Positions 1 through 11,216 of a stretch of 64,000 bases of DNA are shown here, piece by piece; positions within the stretch are counted from its first letter, which is position 1; every line of letters begins with the position of its first letter. Made by a program: the position numbers and the translations under genes. The notes under the pieces are model-generated. The model was not told the origin of the DNA and made no database searches. It worked only from the letters and a program-made list of their open reading frames with translations. The DNA is taken from NCBI GenBank assembly GCA_965112155.1, contig OZ218099.1. One strand, given 5' to 3'. Origin of the DNA: Podarcis liolepis (lineage: Eukaryota).

Positions 1-516
1 TAACAAAGTTGGATCACTTGATATGGAATGACCCTGCAGTGAATTGAAAGCTTGACTATTTGAACTGGTAGAAGTTAGGTATGATCAGCCTTCCAATGAC
101 AGAATGCTCTGACAAGAGTTTGGGGATAGCTTGACTGAACTCTCACCTGTAGCATATTCTTTATTACTGTCCTCTCATTTCAAATAATGTAACTACGAGG
201 TGTGCCTGGAACACACACTCCTCTAATAACACAATCCTGTGCATGACCAAGCAGAATCGAGTCCCATTGAATTCGGTGAGATGTACTCTTAGAGAGGTGT
301 GTATAAAGCAGCAGGTTTTGCGTGCAGATTTTCAGAGTTTGAATTGCAATACCTCTGTGTACATAACCTAAGGCCTGACCCCTAAGACTGGAGTCTTAAA
401 TGGACTGGCCACTTCTGTGCTGACCAATCCAAGTCAGAGGTGGGGGGAAAAAAACCTCGTTCCCTTGTCCTTTCCTTTCCAGTAAGCCTTTTTGCTACCA
501 TGTGTACTTTTTGTAG

Positions 517-632
517 GTGATAAATGGACTGATGGAGCGCCCTGACTGGGAATCTGCTATCCAGAAGCCTCTTGCCATCCTCCCAGGGGGTTCTGGGAAT
601 GCTCTGGCTGCTTCTCTCAATCACTACACGAG
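517..632 (+). CDS. SPHK1: Sphingosine kinase 1, penultimate coding exon (116 nt)
   Basis: ttttgtag|GTG...ACGAG|gtaagg; translates VINGLMERPDWESAIQKPLAILPGGSGNALAASLNHYT, containing the SphK/DAGK GSGN ATP-binding motif; phase 2 joins 3649 in frame (AG|C = Ser). Not in the ORF track. Confidence 0.96.
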
Positions 633-1143
633 GTAAGGCATCACTGGCGGTTAGACCCATGCCAACTCTGCATGTGTGTTTCCAGTGCCGGCCCTACCAT
701 CAGGCAGGGGGAGGTGGCTGTCTCAAGTGAATGCTGTGGGTCAAGGAGAAGCAGTGGCAAGGTGCTGGAGGAGGACAGGGTTGGGTGTACCACACAGCTT
801 GCCCTGCACCTACTAGCCTGTTGTCCTCAGGTGAAATGGAGGATTCTGTTTCCTCTCCAATGCTGGGGGCAGATTCACCCACCAGCTTTGCTGGCTTTGG
901 CGCTAACAAATTGTGGAGTTTGGGTGTGTGCACTATCGAGCTTCAGGCAGCAAAATGTATTGGGCTGGCCATGTACCCATAATTGCATGTGTGAAGTTTG
1001 GGTCCTGGGGCTTCTCCATCCTAGGAACTACTTCACACCCACTTGGCTTATGGCACATGCTGAACTGGTGGTGTGCAGGTGCCACTACCAGCAGAATCCT
1101 ATTTGTGCACACCTGGCTTTACAGTTGGCTAAAAGCATGAAAT

Positions 1144-1169
1144 TGTGTGTGTGTGTGTGTGTGTGTGTG
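1144..1169. repeat. (TG)n microsatellite
   Basis: About 13 TG units in the SPHK1 intron. Confidence 0.95.
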
Positions 1170-2404
1170 GTGGCACCAGCACATGGCTGATTTCTAGCAG
1201 CCAACACAGTTATGTTGAGCTCCAAGCAATGTTGGGAGTTTCCAGAACAACCCCTCCACTTTCTCTCTTAACACTGAATTATCTTTCTTTTGTTAATCTA
1301 AAATTTATGGTGTTTAAAAAGGAGCCCCAATACAGTTCCCACATTGGAGGAAAACATGAAAGGTGGGTCATGGGGCAGCATGATTTCAAAGGCTACATAG
1401 GGTGAGAGTGAGCAAAGGGCATCTCCCGCTCTCATCCAAAAAGCCAGCCCACATTCCACACTGAGTGCTCAGGGCTACATATGAGCACTGAGTGGTTAAA
1501 TAAAAACAGATCCTGCATGAAGGCTAAGTTGCGTGGTGCAAGTCAGCTGCAAAGTCAGATATCCTTTTGCAGGCTTCTGTTCTGCAAGGAATAGAAGGGC
1601 AATGAGACATTCAGAAAACTGAAACTCTATGGGAACCCCCAGTCTTCTGCTCATTCTAACATTCTACCAGGCTTGCAGCTGGACCAAGATTGGTATCTGC
1701 TCCTGCCCTGTTTATTGCACATCTTTCTGCTTAGTGGGGCTGGCAAGGCAGCTGCACTTGACAGACTTTGCTTGACAGCCAATGGTGTCTTGTAATCTCC
1801 TACCACTGCTGTCAAAGAGGAAGGGCATCAGGGGGACAATGTGCATTCACAAAAGAAGCTTAATTACAAGTTCTCAGCTCAGGTTTCGATCTGCTCCCTG
1901 CAATCGCATCCAACATCCCCCAGCCCTGGCCTCTGCCCCTTCCACAGCTGGCCACCTTTCCCATCTGCTCTGTGACTAATCCTCATTTCTTAGTGGGCTT
2001 CATCTTGAGGAGGGAGGGGAAAGGCAATGAGGTGGGTTGAGGGTGTCGCTAATGGGCGTTTCTCTCCCTGTCCTGCTGGCTCAGCCACCTGGCTCCTGCA
2101 CCCCAACTAACGCTGCTGCGTAATTCTCAGGGAAATAAGGCTTTGAGAGCATATCTGGGCCCAGTCCAAGAGAGCAAAGCAAGTCATGCTTAGGCCTTGC
2201 TCTGACACTGACACAGGAGTAACCAAGCTGGTGCCTTCCAGATGTTGCAAAAACCACTTCAGGCCCACCATCTTGCTTGCTCTTCTTAAAAGTTAAACAG
2301 TGTGGCTTTGCTCACCCTTCATATCTTATTGTAGGGGGATCTACAGCCCCTTTGGGGATGAAGGATTTTGTACAGTAACAACACTAAATAGCAGCAGGGG
2401 GAAT

Positions 2405-2580
2405 TACAGGGTGTATAGCTCATCTGTAAAGCATGTGATTCTCATAGAAAATGCCCTATGTTCAATTCCTGACCTCTCCAGGCAAGACTGGGGAAGGCTC
2501 CTACCTTGAAACCTTGCAGAAATTAGTGAGCTAAACAGACCAAACCTCTGATATCCTCTGTATGGAAGCCTAGTTTTCTC
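2405..2580 (+). mobile_element. Degraded tRNA-derived squamate SINE (Squam-type)
   Basis: Head tatagctcatctgtaaagc (A-box-like) and tgttcaattcc (B-box-like); same layout as the SINE at 52223. Confidence 0.55.
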
Positions 2581-3648
2581 CTGCCACAAAAGCTACAACC
2601 CTGACCTCTCCCTCCCTATTGGTTTTCAGTAGATGTTGTGAATCAGATGCCTGGAAGAGGTTTAAGCACTTGATAATGGATATAAACATTCAGTTATAAA
2701 ACCTAGCACTGTAGAAACTCTTCTATGGGGCATTCTTTTTTTACCCTGATCTTCCACCAATGTGGTTCCCAGAGCCACATTCATGAAATTGTCCTTTTAT
2801 ACTGCAAGCCTGCCGGTAGGGGCTAAGGGGGAAACCAGCAAACCCAGGCAGCAGTTCTGTAGTCTGTATAATGAACGGCTTGAATGGAAATGCTTCAGGG
2901 TCAAGAACAGGTCAAGTGGAGCTAGTTTCTCCGCAGAGCCGATGCCCTTGGCCCTGCTTCCCATCTCTCCCACTGCTGCCTCTAGGTGTGTCTTTGCCCC
3001 AAAGGCACATCAGCTAAGAAGCCATAATGGGACACCCACAAATCGCTACTTGTGGGGGGAGCACTTTTGATGATTCATGTTGGTGGGGAAGAGTCCAGTG
3101 CCCTCTGGTCACTCTAGCTAGTCTCAGCTGATGAAACCTGACAGCTGCAATATGGCGCTGCTCCCTTGTCCATCTGCTGCTGCATCCCAGGCCCACCTTT
3201 TTTCATGCGACTACAAGGGGCTGTTAGGACAACGGGCCGCCTATAGAATCCTCATGAACACCTTGAGAGAACAAACCCTGATACTGTGATTGCTGTGTGA
3301 TGACTTAACCATACAGTGCCAGTTTTGCTTCAGCTGACTCCCACACCAGAGGTCACCTCCTCTGGCCATTCCAGCACGGGAGGCGGTGGTGGCTCAGGGA
3401 TGGCATTGGGCTTACCTGTATGACTGTACTGGCAACACGCAAGAACACCAAAGCAGCAGTCCAAAAACTGTTTTGTCCCAGCCCAGACCCTGTGGAAGAG
3501 GAAGGTAAATTGGACCTTTGCCTTTCAGGAGAGGAGACCTTTTGTGCAACCACTTCTTTATTTGACCATATTCCAGCTCCAACTACCCTTGGGCTGGCCC
3601 CTTCAATGCCACTGTTTTCATGCGCTCCCTTTCTTTCTCCTGCTGCAG

Positions 3649-4483
3649 CAAGGGCCACTTCAACAAGGAGGAGCTGCTCATGAACTGCACTTACTTCCTC
3701 TGCAAAGGCCTGCACGCCCCCATGGATCTCATGTCCCTCCACACGGCTTCAGGCAAGCGACTCTTCTCCTTCCTGAGCTTCGGCTGGGGCTTCATCTCTG
3801 ATGTGGACATTGCCAGCGAGAGGTACCGCAAGCTGGGAGGCGCCCGCTTCACCGTGGGCACGTTCCAGCTCCTGACGACGCTCCAGGTCTACAAGGGCCG
3901 CCTCTCCTACCTGCCCTGCGGCAGCCAGAGCCCCAGCCCTGGCTCTTCACCCTCTGCGGTGGGACACGGCTCCCCGTCGGCGCTGCACTCCGAACAGTTC
4001 TCCTTCAGCAGCAAGAAGTCCCTATACAGCTTCTTCCCGTCGGTCTCTTCGTGCGCCAGCAGCGAGAGCTGTTTGCTCGAGGACTCCTTGCTGGTACCCT
4101 TTGAGCAGCCCGTTCCTGAGCACTGGACTGTAGCCCCGGAGGAGGAGTTTGTCTCCATCATTTGCATCCAACAGTCCCACCTGGGAGCAGACCTCCTGTT
4201 GGCCCCCCAAGCCAAGCTGTACGATGATGCCATCCACCTCTTCTACGTCACGGCGGGGGTCTCCCGGCTTTCCATGGTCAAGTTTTTCATGGCCATGGAT
4301 AAAGGGACGCACCTGGATCTCAACAGCCCCTACCTCCACTATGTGCCTATCAAAGCTTTTCGGCTCGAGCCCCTGGTGCGCAAGGGCTCCATGACTGTGG
4401 ATGGGGAAGTGCTGCCCTGTGAACCCGTGCAAGGTCAAATGCACAGGCGGCTTGCCCGCGTTATCAGTAGCACAGGGAGTTGA
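3649..4483 (+). CDS. SPHK1: Sphingosine kinase 1, last coding exon (to TGA)
   Basis: Pyrimidine tract plus tgcag|C acceptor; motifs WGFISDVDIASERYRKLGGARF, YKGRLSYLP, AFRLEP, VDGE; tail-to-tail with UBE2O as in mammals. Confidence 0.96.
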
Positions 4484-4806
4484 AGGGGCGGGGTGGGAGG
4501 ACCCCCGATGCTGCACATCATCAACACTATCTCTGGCAGGGATAATTCTCAGGGGAAACTTGGCTTGCAGAGCAATTTTTTGAAACTACAACACAAGTAA
4601 TGGTGGAGTCGGTCCTCCACCATAAGACTCTCACTCTTCCCTGCAGTTTCAATGTCTTCCTGCTCTGCACTGCCCAGAGGAAGAGATGAAGCAGGTCTCC
4701 AAACCATAGCTCTGTTTTGCCTCTCCATCCAATATCAAACCTTCTATGCACACCAACTGCGGCTGAAGCAGAGAACCTGCTGTCATCCCAATGCAGTGGC
4801 TACGTG

Positions 4807-4943
4807 AATAAAAATGCCTCAGTCCAATGCCACTTTGGGGACCACTTTTAATCCTCTTGTAATTTTTTTAAAAATAAACTCACTCTCTCACACACACCCA
4901 AAGTTGTATGTAGCAGCAGATTCTTAAGGAGAGATGGAATAAA
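4807..4943 (+). promoter_or_regulatory. Cluster of candidate SPHK1 polyadenylation signals
   Basis: AATAAA at 4807-4812, 4873-4878 and 4938-4943, 320-460 nt after the stop codon. Confidence 0.55.
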
Positions 4944-5920
4944 GATTAGTGCTTTTTTTCTTTTGGAAAAAAGGTAATTCTTGAAAAATTAAGGTTAAAA
5001 TGATGCCAGCAGTAATCTTGATGCTAAGTTTTAGGTGGTTCTCTTGGAAAGGAAGCGCATTTTAACAAATCATTTAGTCTTGCCTGCAAATGACAGGTGG
5101 GTGGGTAACGCTGGACTAATGAGGGAGCTGCTAACTTTCTCCCATAGTGGGCACACCAACAAACTGACATGCTTGCCACTTTCCTACCATACTATGGCAA
5201 AACTAGCACCTTAATTTGGACTAAACTGGCACCTCTGCTTTTCTCAAGGTATCCAAGTATATCATCTTGCAGATGCATGCTAGGATGATAAAAAGATAAG
5301 AAATTTATTGCCAAAAATGGCTGAAATGATTCCTGTCCATCTTTTCATAGTTATTCATTAGGTAAATGCAGACAAAATCAAAGTGGTCCATGAAGGGTCC
5401 TAACAGAAAAGGGTGATTTTTGTCAGAGGTGTCCCACATGAAGGTGGAACCAACATTACTATACTTGCACACCAACCTAATGGTGAAAGATTCAGATAAT
5501 GTACAAGGATTCTTTATTTTAGAAAGTTAAGGTTAATAGTACAACTGCTTTTAAAGCTGGTGTTCTCTCCCTCACACATACACACACTCCTACCAAAAAA
5601 AGGAGACAGGAGGATTTGTTAGCTTTTGACTTGTGGTCCTAGTGCTAGCTGAGGCAGATGGGAGTTACGAGTGCAACATCAGCTAGTGGTCCACAGGTTA
5701 ACTATGTTTGCTAAAAAGCAAGCAGCAATACAGATCTCATGATGCAGCAGTCATACCTTAGGTATAAATATAATATAAATAAGAGGATTAAGTAGTCGGA
5801 TGGGCAGTGATCCTGATTTCATAACTCTCAGAGCAGCTGCAAGAACCATCCCTTAAATATTTAGGATCAAATTGGTGGAACTGACACAAAAACAGTAAAC
5901 AATGTTTTGCTACCGACGTC

Positions 5921-6423
5921 TGGGCACTGCAGTTTTAAGACTGAGATTGAACAAACTGGAACATGTCCAGTGGAGGGGGCAACTAAGGAGCTGAGAGCTC
6001 AGGAGACCAAGTCCTTATACAAAAAAGGTTGATGGCATTGGATAGGGTTAGAGAAGAGAAAAATAAAGGACTACAATAGCCATCTTTAAATATTTGCAGG
6101 GCTGTCACATAAGATGATGGAGCAAGTTTGTTTTCTGTAGTTGAAGATAGGACCAAAACCACATGCCCTGAATTTCAAGAAAGTGGCTTTGGACTAAACA
6201 TTAGAGAACTGCCTGATTGTATAAGCTACCTGACAGTGGAACAGACACTGTCTTAGAAGGTGGTGGATTCTCCTGCGTTATAAGTTTATGGGCAGAGGCT
6301 GGATGCTGTAGTAGCAGGAAGTATCAGGGATGCTGTAGTAGCAGGAAGTATCAGGGATGCTGTAGTAGCAGGAAGTTAGCCCACACAGCCTTTGAGATCC
6401 CTTTGAGCTCTATGATGCTATGA
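5921..6423 (+). mobile_element. CR1 LINE 3' fragment (decayed)
   Basis: Decayed CR1 ORF2 C-terminal DNA (attgaacaaactggaacatgtccag; catctttaaatatttgcagggctgtcac) ending in a ctatgatgctatga tail. Confidence 0.7.
6301..6376. repeat. 27-bp perfect tandem repeat, 2.8 copies
   Basis: GGATGCTGTAGTAGCAGGAAGTATCAG at 6301 and 6328, partial third copy at 6355. Confidence 0.95.
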
Positions 6424-6509
6424 AATCACATTTGAGTTTATGCAGAATGTGTTTACATTAGTACATTACCATGTTTATTGTTTTAATCCTACAATTAGCT
6501 TTGATTGTA

Positions 6510-6761
6510 CAGTGGTACCTTGGTTTACAAACTTAATCCATTCCGGAAGTCCGTTCTTAAACCAAAGCGTTCTTAAACCAATGTGTGCTTTCTCATAGCA
6601 GCGGGGGACTCAATTTACAAATGGAACACACACAACAGGAAGCGAAACATGTTCTGCTTCCAAGGCAAAGTTTACAAACCAAAACACCTACTTCCAGGTT
6701 TGCAGCGTTCTTAATCCAAGTTGTTCATAAACTAAGCTGTTCTTAAACCAAGGTACCACTG
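6510..6761. mobile_element. Tc1/mariner (Tigger/pogo-like) MITE
   Basis: 18-bp perfect TIR CAGTGGTACCTTGGTTTA / TAAACCAAGGTACCACTG; TA on the left, CA (mutated TA) on the right. Confidence 0.88.
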
Positions 6762-8632
6762 CAATAGAGACATTAAGCCAATATTTTATAGATAAAGCTG
6801 TATGCTGTAGCGCATATACTAGCTCTTAAAAGGTTTGTTATAACTGAAGCCAGTGTATGGTCCTTGTGACAATAGCCACAAATGGACCTCAACATTTTAA
6901 CAAACCAGTCTGAATGCCTGGATTTTTCAGCAAAGGGTCTCCCACCCTGCCTTATATTAAAACTGCTGGAGATTATGCCCTTATGTTGATGGGGTCCGGG
7001 GTCTGGAGGCCTCTGCAACATATATTGGATATACATTGCCTTGAAGCCAGGCTGGTGCACAAGATAACACAGAATCCCAGGGGACACGGAGCATAAAGGG
7101 TTATGCAGAGGCCAGATGTATAGCGGTATGTGCAGTCTCCACTCATACATTCTGCCTCTACAAAGGGTGATCAGATTGCAGAGCGTACATGGGGATGGGT
7201 GGGTTGGGGTTTGCAGTCTTATCACACTGCACAACAGCGGAACTAATCTTCAGTGGACTGAAGGATGGAGATTGTGATGAAACATATTGAAAGGTGGGGA
7301 AGAAGAGACAATCTTTCTTACCCGTATCTTTTATATAAAAACCCTTGAAAAACCAGTCAAACTGGCATTTTTTTATTTAAAAAACCCCAATCAGTTAAGA
7401 CTGCAGCAGTTCTTATTTGAAAGCAATGAATGATGACTAGCTAGTTCAATTTACATGGAAAAAAGTAAACATGATGCATAGCACAGTGCTGAGTGGCATG
7501 TTTACTGGAGCAAAGGAACTGGCTTACATATTTTTTCTGGAACGTCTAGTTCTTTCACCCCAGATAACAAATTCATATGTTTGTGTCTGACCTGTATAAC
7601 CACAGGAGTCATGTGGCTTGAATGCTCCTCTATACCTTGATTGCACTGTCTGCCTCCTGACTCGTATTCCTGGAAGAGAACAGAAACTAGATGATCAGAA
7701 AATGTGTAAAGAAAGAAAGAAAACCCTTCCAGATATTAGTTTTACATGGTCATGAATCGCTGCTGCTAGGGTCAGCGAGTACCACCACAGATTTTTAGTC
7801 AACTGATATTTAATAATGCTGTTTACATTTGATGACCTTCCCAAATAACATTTTACTTTCTGCTCCGGTGTGGGCCAGGGAGGCTGAGCGAGGACACAAC
7901 ATGGAATACTGAGAGTGGGACATTAGGATTTACATGTGCACAGGACTTGCTGTGTCCTGACATTCCTCTCACCAACTGGGCAACTTAAGATTCCAGTTGC
8001 TATGGTTGAAGAACTGAGGTGTGTGCCTGGGTTTTCAGAAAGGAGACCTATGAGAAGTTCAGACTAAGGCATTGTCACCATTCTTAAATGTATGTACACA
8101 CAGATATTGAGAACGATTTTCATGTTTTCTTTGGTAAAGCCCACCGCTGAGAGTTGCTGGTAGAACACACTTCCAGCTATGTGAGTACACAGGTGGATGT
8201 GTCATTAGTGTGCAAAGTAACACTGAAACTCACAGAATGCAGTGAGTACAGACACTGCCTGAGTCAAAACACATGATTTTGAGGGCTTCCTCAAAAATAA
8301 TCAAGTAACGCAACACTGAAACACATACCTCAATAGGACAAGCAAGAATTGGACACCAGATATGCTTAAAAGGTCTCAAAGGGAAGGATTCCAGGGAAAC
8401 TTTGCCAGTGGAAAGCTACAGGACTGGTTCCCCCTTCCCTAGATGACATATAATAGATGGACTGGCAAAGAAGCTTCCTCCTTTCCCAGCCTCTTCAGGA
8501 ATGCCTACATCCCTCTTAGTTGCGAATGAGAATTCGAGTTATATACAAATCTCGCCAAATGGACAGAGACACAGCAAGCACAACAAAACCTATTCACAGC
8601 GGCAGAACGTAATGGCAAGCCACTTTCTCTCC

Positions 8633-8638
8633 TTTATT
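8633..8638 (-). promoter_or_regulatory. Candidate distal UBE2O poly(A) signal
   Basis: AATAAA on the - strand, with GU-rich ggttttgttgtgcttgctgtgtc about 45-70 nt downstream. Confidence 0.55.
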
Positions 8639-10703
8639 ACTACATCTTAGTTAGCCAAACAAAGTTTGCAAGTAAAAAAAGATTAATCACACAATACTTT
8701 ATACATATATTGTAAGCAACCAAGCATTCACAGCTGCAAAAGTAACACACCTCTAAGCATTGCCCCAATATGACAGCTCCATCAGTTTTAAATACTGTAC
8801 AGAAAGGCTAGAAATTCTTTTTTCTTTTTTTTGTAATATTTCTTTCCCCTCCCTCCCCAGCACTTAAACAGATAAGATTTTAAATTTATACATCACAATC
8901 ATGTAGCCCATCTCAAGACTAACAATGTGCCTCATGCTTTGGCTTCTTGGGGTGTTTTAAGCATTTGCCTCTTGGAAATTTCTCTTCACTCTTTTATTAC
9001 GTACATACACCAAAAAGAGGTTATAGCTGCACGGTGTGTGCTCACCAGCAACTGCATAACCTAGAGCTTCACATTATTCAAAAGCTTATAGAAAAAGAAA
9101 GTGTAAACTTCTGTGCATGCCTCTGGTGGGGCCCGACAGCAAGGATAAGGGACAGTGCTTGATGGATGCAAAAGATGGCAGCAGATCCCGAGGAGGAAAG
9201 AGTAAGCAAGATCTTCCCAAGATACAGCTCTCGGTTGCACTCTGGAAAAAGGGAGTCCCCTTGAAGCTCAGCTCTCTGCAGTCCATAGCACCATTTGCCT
9301 CCTCTTCTGTGGCTCCTCCCACCTTGCTCCCCTACTCAAAATGGAAGAGTAGCCACTTCTCAAATCAGGGTGGGCAGCTAGGTGATTGGGGGATTGGGAA
9401 AGCTTGCTTGTTTTCGTTAGTGTGTCATCATAATAAAATACGTGGCCCATTCCTCTGTCTCTTGGGGAGAAGAGGCGCCGCGACCACATCTGCATGAGGA
9501 ATGTGATGACACATAGAAACACAGACAGATTCCCCCCCCCCCCCGTCTGCCCTTTCACACAATTAACAGAGTGTCTGGCAATGCAAGCAAAAAAGAAAAA
9601 AGGAGAAATCCTTTCTTGTCCCTGTCCTCAAAGGGCACTAATGTCAACTTAATTTCTTTTGCTGCTCTTTTACCAGCATGGCCACAAAAGATTGCATCCT
9701 GCAGCCTCCCAACTGGAGAACCGCTACCTCTCAAATCTTAATCTGCAACACTAGAACAACTAACTAATATCCGAGTAAACACAAGATTCGTGTCACCCTG
9801 TTCAGAACTAGATTATTCAAGTGGGAGGGTGAAAGAGGGGCACCCAGGTCATGATCAGAGGAAGGGAAATACAAGGGTGACTGTGACGCCGTGCAAAGAT
9901 GTGGGTACGCTGAACAAGGAACAGAATGTAACCTCATCTAGGATGCAAAAATATGAATGTATCGCCAGTCATGATCTGTACCACAGCCGGCAGGGAGGTG
10001 GCGGTGGTGGTTGCACACCACCTAGGATCAGCCTAGGATCAGGGGATAGGAAATAACAGTGACTTACAATAAAGGCTGCAATTGTAGCTTAAGGATGCTG
10101 GACTAGGGAAACCCATTGTCTATATTAGCGTGGAGGCTTGTTGCTATAAGTCCATAGAGATACAATGTCAGGCAGAGCTGCCACTTTGCAAACACCTAAG
10201 TGAAAGGCGAAATCGGAAAATGTGGGCTGCACCATGCAATTGTTCCAGCGCCATCCTGAGGTACCTCGGTGTACAGAGTTGAGTTGGTAGCAGAGTGTTC
10301 ATGTATCCAGGAGAGTAGCAGGCTACGCTATATGCACTATTCCCCTCTCAAGGCAAAGTGGAAAGAGATATGCTGTTCAGAAGAAATTGTACATTTTAAA
10401 TAAGACAGCAGGTAATCCTCAGAAAACCAGAGAGGAGGTGCTGAGTGTGGACCACATCAAGGACAGCTCACCTAGCACTTCTGTCTCAAAGTGGCCCATA
10501 CAGTCAAGCAAAAACAAACGCCTGATATTCACCACTTTGTGGCTCTCTTGCAGCAAAAGTCCAAGCCTACACCAATCTCCTCAGCTCACAGCAGCGAACC
10601 AAATCACGAAAGTGCTCAGGACTGGCACAGAGCTGAAAATGTGGGCTATTCAGGGCTTTCTAACTGACCGGCTTTAGTGACATTATGTCTGAAGGTAGAG
10701 AGG

Positions 10704-10767
10704 AGCACTGCATCTTCCTCACAAGATATAAAACCACAGCACTGCATCTTCCTCACAAGATATAAAA
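10704..10767. repeat. 30-bp direct duplication (period 34)
   Basis: AGCACTGCATCTTCCTCACAAGATATAAAA at 10704 and 10738. Confidence 0.93.
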
Positions 10768-11133
10768 ACAAGGCTCTCCCCAGGCTTAAATCAAAAGCCT
10801 TCTCGACCATCAAGATCACCCATAGCACCCAAGAGGATCACCCAGGGAAGAGGGAGTGCCTTTGCACCAATAGGAGTTGAGAAGATCCAATGCCAGCTTC
10901 GCACAAGATCCGGCATGGAAAGGTCACAGCTCCTATTCTCTCAGGATCAACCTGGAAACAGGAGCATGGTGTGGGTGTGTGCATGTGTGTGTCGCTGTGC
11001 AGAGTTGCTCAGCCATCCTGGGCACCTGGAATGTGGGAGGGGGGAAAGAGAGAGAGCCTAAAATGAGTTATGGAAGCTTCTGCTTTCTCTATAACAAACC
11101 AAGCCGAGGAGGAATGAGTGCACTGAGAGTCTA

Positions 11134-11139
11134 TTTATT
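11134..11139 (-). promoter_or_regulatory. Candidate proximal UBE2O poly(A) signal
   Basis: AATAAA on the - strand about 80 nt after the stop, with GU-rich ggcttggtttgtt about 30-40 nt downstream. Confidence 0.5.
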
Positions 11140-11216
11140 GTGAACAACGGTTGCTAGCTGCTTCCTCCTGGCTTCCCCTCCTTTTCTGTGCGTCTGTCTG
11201 CCCCTAACCTGATGTT

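Larger units (their letters stand above)
8610..11216 (-). other. UBE2O: Probable UBE2O 3' UTR (long form)
   Basis: Repeat-poor sequence between the stop codon and the distal AATAAA/GU-rich element; the end point is inferred. Confidence 0.5.

Noticed and set aside
3620-3648. ATG start of the 287-aa ORF
   Set aside because: It lies in the intronic pyrimidine tract; the exon starts at the 3649 acceptor, in frame with exon 517-632.
3907-4516. Antisense ORFs of 108 and 164 aa
   Set aside because: Shadow frames of the GC-rich SPHK1 exon.
6301-6376. 27-bp repeats as a CRISPR array
   Set aside because: Head-to-tail with no spacers, and in a eukaryotic context.
6773-7234. 153-aa intergenic ORF
   Set aside because: No recognisable domain or splice signals; the length is compatible with chance.
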